A stretch of 60,641 bases of DNA, the filler included. It is 6 parts of 6 records of this genome, joined end to end, with 100 filler letters (N's around TTAATTAATTAA, not from the genome) between each part and the next. Parts side by side here need not be neighbours in the genome. Positions count along the whole stretch, not along the records: positions 54,491 to 60,641 come from DRR723986_10522; 5 more parts are not named here. The stretch is one strand, 5' to 3'. The notes beneath the pieces are model-generated. The model saw nothing but the letters and a program-made list of their open reading frames with translations, did not search any database and was not told where the DNA came from. The translations under genes were made by a program, and so were the position numbers. This document shows positions 57,960 to 60,641 of this stretch, piece after piece. Within the stretch, counting starts at the first letter, position 1. The number at the start of each line of letters is the position of its first letter.

Positions 57960-59978
57960 TCATTCCGCCGCCTCGCGTCCGATGAACCCCGCGATCGCCC
58001 CCAAAAGCGCCGCCGTGCGCACCGGCTTGGTCAGGAAGCCGTCGCAGCCCGCCTCCAGCGCAGCTTCGCGGTCGCGGGCGAAGGCGTTGCCGGTCAGCGC
58101 CACCACCGGCAGGCGCGGGCGGCCCGCAAGCGCCTCGTCGGCACGCAGGCGGCGGGTCGCGTCGAGCCCCGACATCACCGGCATCGACAGGTCCATCAGC
58201 ACCACGTCGAAGGCGCTTTCGCCGATCCGGTCCAGCGCCGCCTTGCCATTCTCGGCCAGCACGACGCAGGCGCCGCGCCGTTCCAGCATCTTCTGCACCA
58301 CCACCTGATTGGTGCGGTTGTCCTCGACCACCAGAACGCGGCGCCCGTCCAGCCGCGCCGTGGCCTCGGTCACGCTGGCCCGCGCCGCCACGCCCGCCAC
58401 GGTACGCAGCGGCAGGTCCACCGTGAAGGTCGTACCATGCTCCGCGCGCGACAGCAGGGTCAGGCGGCCGCCCATGGCCTCGACCAACTGGCGCGAGATG
58501 GCAAGGCCCAGCCCGGTGCCCTCATAGGCGCGGCGGATGCCGGTGTGGACCTGTTCGAAGGCCTCGAAGATGGTGGGCTGGCGGTCCTCAGGGATGCCGA
58601 TGCCGGTGTCCGAGATCACGATCCGCAACCGCCCGTGTTCCGCCGAAAGAACCACGCGCACCCAGCCGTCCGGGGTGAACTTCACCGCGTTGCCCACGAG
58701 GTTCAGGATCACCTGCCGCAGCCGCAGCGCATCGCCCACCAGATGGCGCGGCATGTCGCGCGCCATGGCCCATGTCAGCGACAGGCCCTTCTCGCGGGCC
58801 ATGGGCTTCATCAGGGCCATGACCCCCTCCAGCACCACGGCCACGTCGAAGGTGCTCTCCTCCAGCTCCAGCCGCCCGGCCTCCACCCGGCTGACGTCGA
58901 GGATGTCCGAGATCAGCGAGGTCAGCGCCAGCGCGGCGTTGCGGATCGTCTCGACGAAGCCGCGCTGCTCGGGGTCGAGGTCGGTCTCCGCCAGCAGTTC
59001 GGTCATGCCCACGATGCCGTTCATCGGGGTCCGGATCTCGTGGCTCATGTTGGCAAGGAAGCTGGTCTTGGCCTTGCTGGCCACCTCGGCGGCATCGCGC
59101 GCCTCCTTCAGGGCGGCGTTGCGGGCGGTCAGTTCGGTCACATCCGTATGCACGAAGACGAAGCCCCCCGAGGGGCGCGGCGCGGCCTTGGTGTAGAAGG
59201 TCCGCCCGGTGGTGGGCATCCGCATCATCAGCGTGCCGCCCCGGGCCAGCCTGTCGTGGGAATCGCCGATCTCGGCCCGTTCCTCGATCAGCAGGCCGCG
59301 CTCCGCCACGGTCTCGACCACGCGGGCCAGAGGGGTGCCGACGCGCAACTCCTCCTCGGTGAAGCCCAGAAGGTCGCGATAGGCGGCATTGGTCAGCAGG
59401 ATGACGTTGTCCGGGTGCTGGGGATCGTCGTGGCTGGTGACCAGCAGCCCCTCGCCGGTGGTCTGCAGGATCTCGGACAGCAGGTGGTTGGCCTGTTCGA
59501 GCGCCGCGTTGCGGTCCGACAGCCGTGCCTCCAGCGCGCGGGTGCGGTTGCGCAGGGCGCCGACGATGCTCTCGCTGTCGTCCGCCGCCTCGAAGAGCTT
59601 GCTGAGGTGCAGCGTGATGCCGCGATAGCCCCGGAACCGGCCGGTGGGGGACCAGCGGGGCAGGGCGCTGTCCATCAGCACGACGCGCTCGCCGGTCAGA
59701 AGCACGCGTTCGTAGCACATGTTGTCGACCGACTGCCCGGCGCGCAGCGCCTCGAAATAGGCCAGAAGGCCGGTGCCGCGCTCGGCCTCCGCCAGATCCT
59801 CGCCAAGGATCTGCAGGCCCACCAGATCCTCGGGCCGCACCCCGGTCACGCGCTCCAGCGCCGCGTCGACATAGGTCAGGCGATAGTCGGCATCCGCCTC
59901 CCAGGCCCAGGCGGGCAACCGACGGACGATGTCCGACCAAATCCGCCTGTCCAACCCGGTCCGACCCATCGCGCCCAA
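57960..59978 (-). CDS. Cytoplasmic PAS-PAS hybrid sensor histidine kinase/response regulator
   Basis: FLANMSHEIRTPMNG, NLVGNAVKFT, DTGIGI, GTGLGL, and a REC domain (VEDN...MDLSMP...KP). No TMs. Confidence 0.93.
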   Translation of the reverse strand: MGAMGRTGLDRRIWSDIVRRLPAWAWEADADYRLTYVDAALERVTGVRPEDLVGLQILGEDLAEAERGTGLLAYFEALRAGQSVDNMCYERVLLTGERVVLMDSALPRWSPTGRFRGYRGITLHLSKLFEAADDSESIVGALRNRTRALEARLSDRNAALEQANHLLSEILQTTGEGLLVTSHDDPQHPDNVILLTNAAYRDLLGFTEEELRVGTPLARVVETVAERGLLIEERAEIGDSHDRLARGGTLMMRMPTTGRTFYTKAAPRPSGGFVFVHTDVTELTARNAALKEARDAAEVASKAKTSFLANMSHEIRTPMNGIVGMTELLAETDLDPEQRGFVETIRNAALALTSLISDILDVSRVEAGRLELEESTFDVAVVLEGVMALMKPMAREKGLSLTWAMARDMPRHLVGDALRLRQVILNLVGNAVKFTPDGWVRVVLSAEHGRLRIVISDTGIGIPEDRQPTIFEAFEQVHTGIRRAYEGTGLGLAISRQLVEAMGGRLTLLSRAEHGTTFTVDLPLRTVAGVAARASVTEATARLDGRRVLVVEDNRTNQVVVQKMLERRGACVVLAENGKAALDRIGESAFDVVLMDLSMPVMSGLDATRRLRADEALAGRPRLPVVALTGNAFARDREAALEAGCDGFLTKPVRTAALLGAIAGFIGREAAE

Positions 59979-60151
59979 TCACCGCCACGCCCCGCAGCCG
60001 GGGCCATGCTCCGCGATAGCGCAGCCCTCCTTAAATCCGGGTAAAGCGCCGCCCCGGCACTGGCATTCCCGTCCGATCCGGGCTAAGCAGGCGGTCGCGC
60101 AGCGCCGGGCCGAGAGGGGTCCGGTGTGCATCGGAAAAGGGGGCCGGGGCC

Positions 60152-60641
60152 ATGTCCGCACTGAACATCAAGAAGGGATCGTCGAAGCATTCCGCCTACA
60201 ACCTGCGGCCCAGCTTCTCGGACGTGACCGAAACCCACACCATCGCCGTGCTGGTCGAGAACGAGCCGGGCGTGCTGGCGCGCGTCATCGGCCTGTTTTC
60301 CGGGCGCGGGTACAATATCGACAGCCTCACCGTGGCCGAGGTCGACCACGAGGGCCATCTCAGCCGCATCACCATCGTCACCAGCGGCACGCCGCAGGTG
60401 ATCGAGCAGATCAAGGCGCAACTGGGCCGCATCGTCTCGGTCAAGGACGTGCACGACCTGACGGTCGAGGGCGGCTCGGTCGAGCGCGAACTGGCGCTGT
60501 TCAAGGTCAAGGGCTCCGGCGACCGCCGGGTCGAGGCGCTGCGGCTGGCGGATATCTTCCGCGCCAACGTGGTGGATTCGACGCTCGAAAGCTTCGTCTT
60601 CCAGCTGACCGGCACGCCCGACAAGATCGACGCCTTCGCCG
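60152..60641 (+). CDS. ilvH: Acetolactate synthase small subunit, 3'-truncated
   Basis: Manual translation gives VLVENEPGVLARVIGLFSGRGYNIDSLTVA and ERELALFKV. It is not in the ORF track because it runs off the window end. Confidence 0.95.
   Translation, partial: MSALNIKKGSSKHSAYNLRPSFSDVTETHTIAVLVENEPGVLARVIGLFSGRGYNIDSLTVAEVDHEGHLSRITIVTSGTPQVIEQIKAQLGRIVSVKDVHDLTVEGGSVERELALFKVKGSGDRRVEALRLADIFRANVVDSTLESFVFQLTGTPDKIDAFA

Noticed and set aside
57867-60044. 725-aa ORF antisense to the hybrid kinase
   Set aside because: It is a shadow ORF; the minus-strand protein has the complete kinase and REC motifs.

Overview
The window is six contigs joined by 100-bp artificial spacers (N44-TTAATTAATTAA-N44), and they probably come from several alphaproteobacteria. 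(1) 1-16670 and (2) 16771-26003 are moderate-GC Roseobacter-type chromosome. They carry a peptide ABC ATPase, argE, two M20 amidohydrolases, LPS core genes, moaA, the leucine-catabolism region ivd-ompW-acyl-CoA ligase-mccB, aldR/ald, mscS, GST, and pheS/pheT split by accessory genes. (3) 26104-31526 is Hyphomonas-like: cysI-DUF934-cysH, TrmH, RcnB, an unknown polytopic membrane protein and rpoH. (4) 31627-38341 has a Ugp-like ABC transporter, a KdgK-like kinase and an MCP. (5) 38442-54390 is a high-GC repABC replicon with parS palindromes and a ctRNA. Next to it is a GntR-controlled catabolic cluster: nucleoside hydrolase, IPNS-family 2OG-Fe(II) dioxygenase, ABC importer, 2-hydroxyacid dehydrogenase, IorAB with a diheme cytochrome, and an IlvD/Edd dehydratase. 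(6) 54491-60641 is ilvI...ilvH interrupted by a lower-GC membrane-anchored DUF559 nuclease gene, yihY and a hybrid kinase. The best leads are the putative modified-nucleoside/N-heterocycle pathway, the TM-DUF559 candidate defence gene, a 190-nt multibranch palindromic element between ald and mscS, a DUF934 gene with anomalous codon usage, and a cupin gene frameshifted by a 22-bp tandem duplication. I saw no tRNA, rRNA, CRISPR array or transposase. All protein calls come from motif recognition by eye, and no database searches were run.
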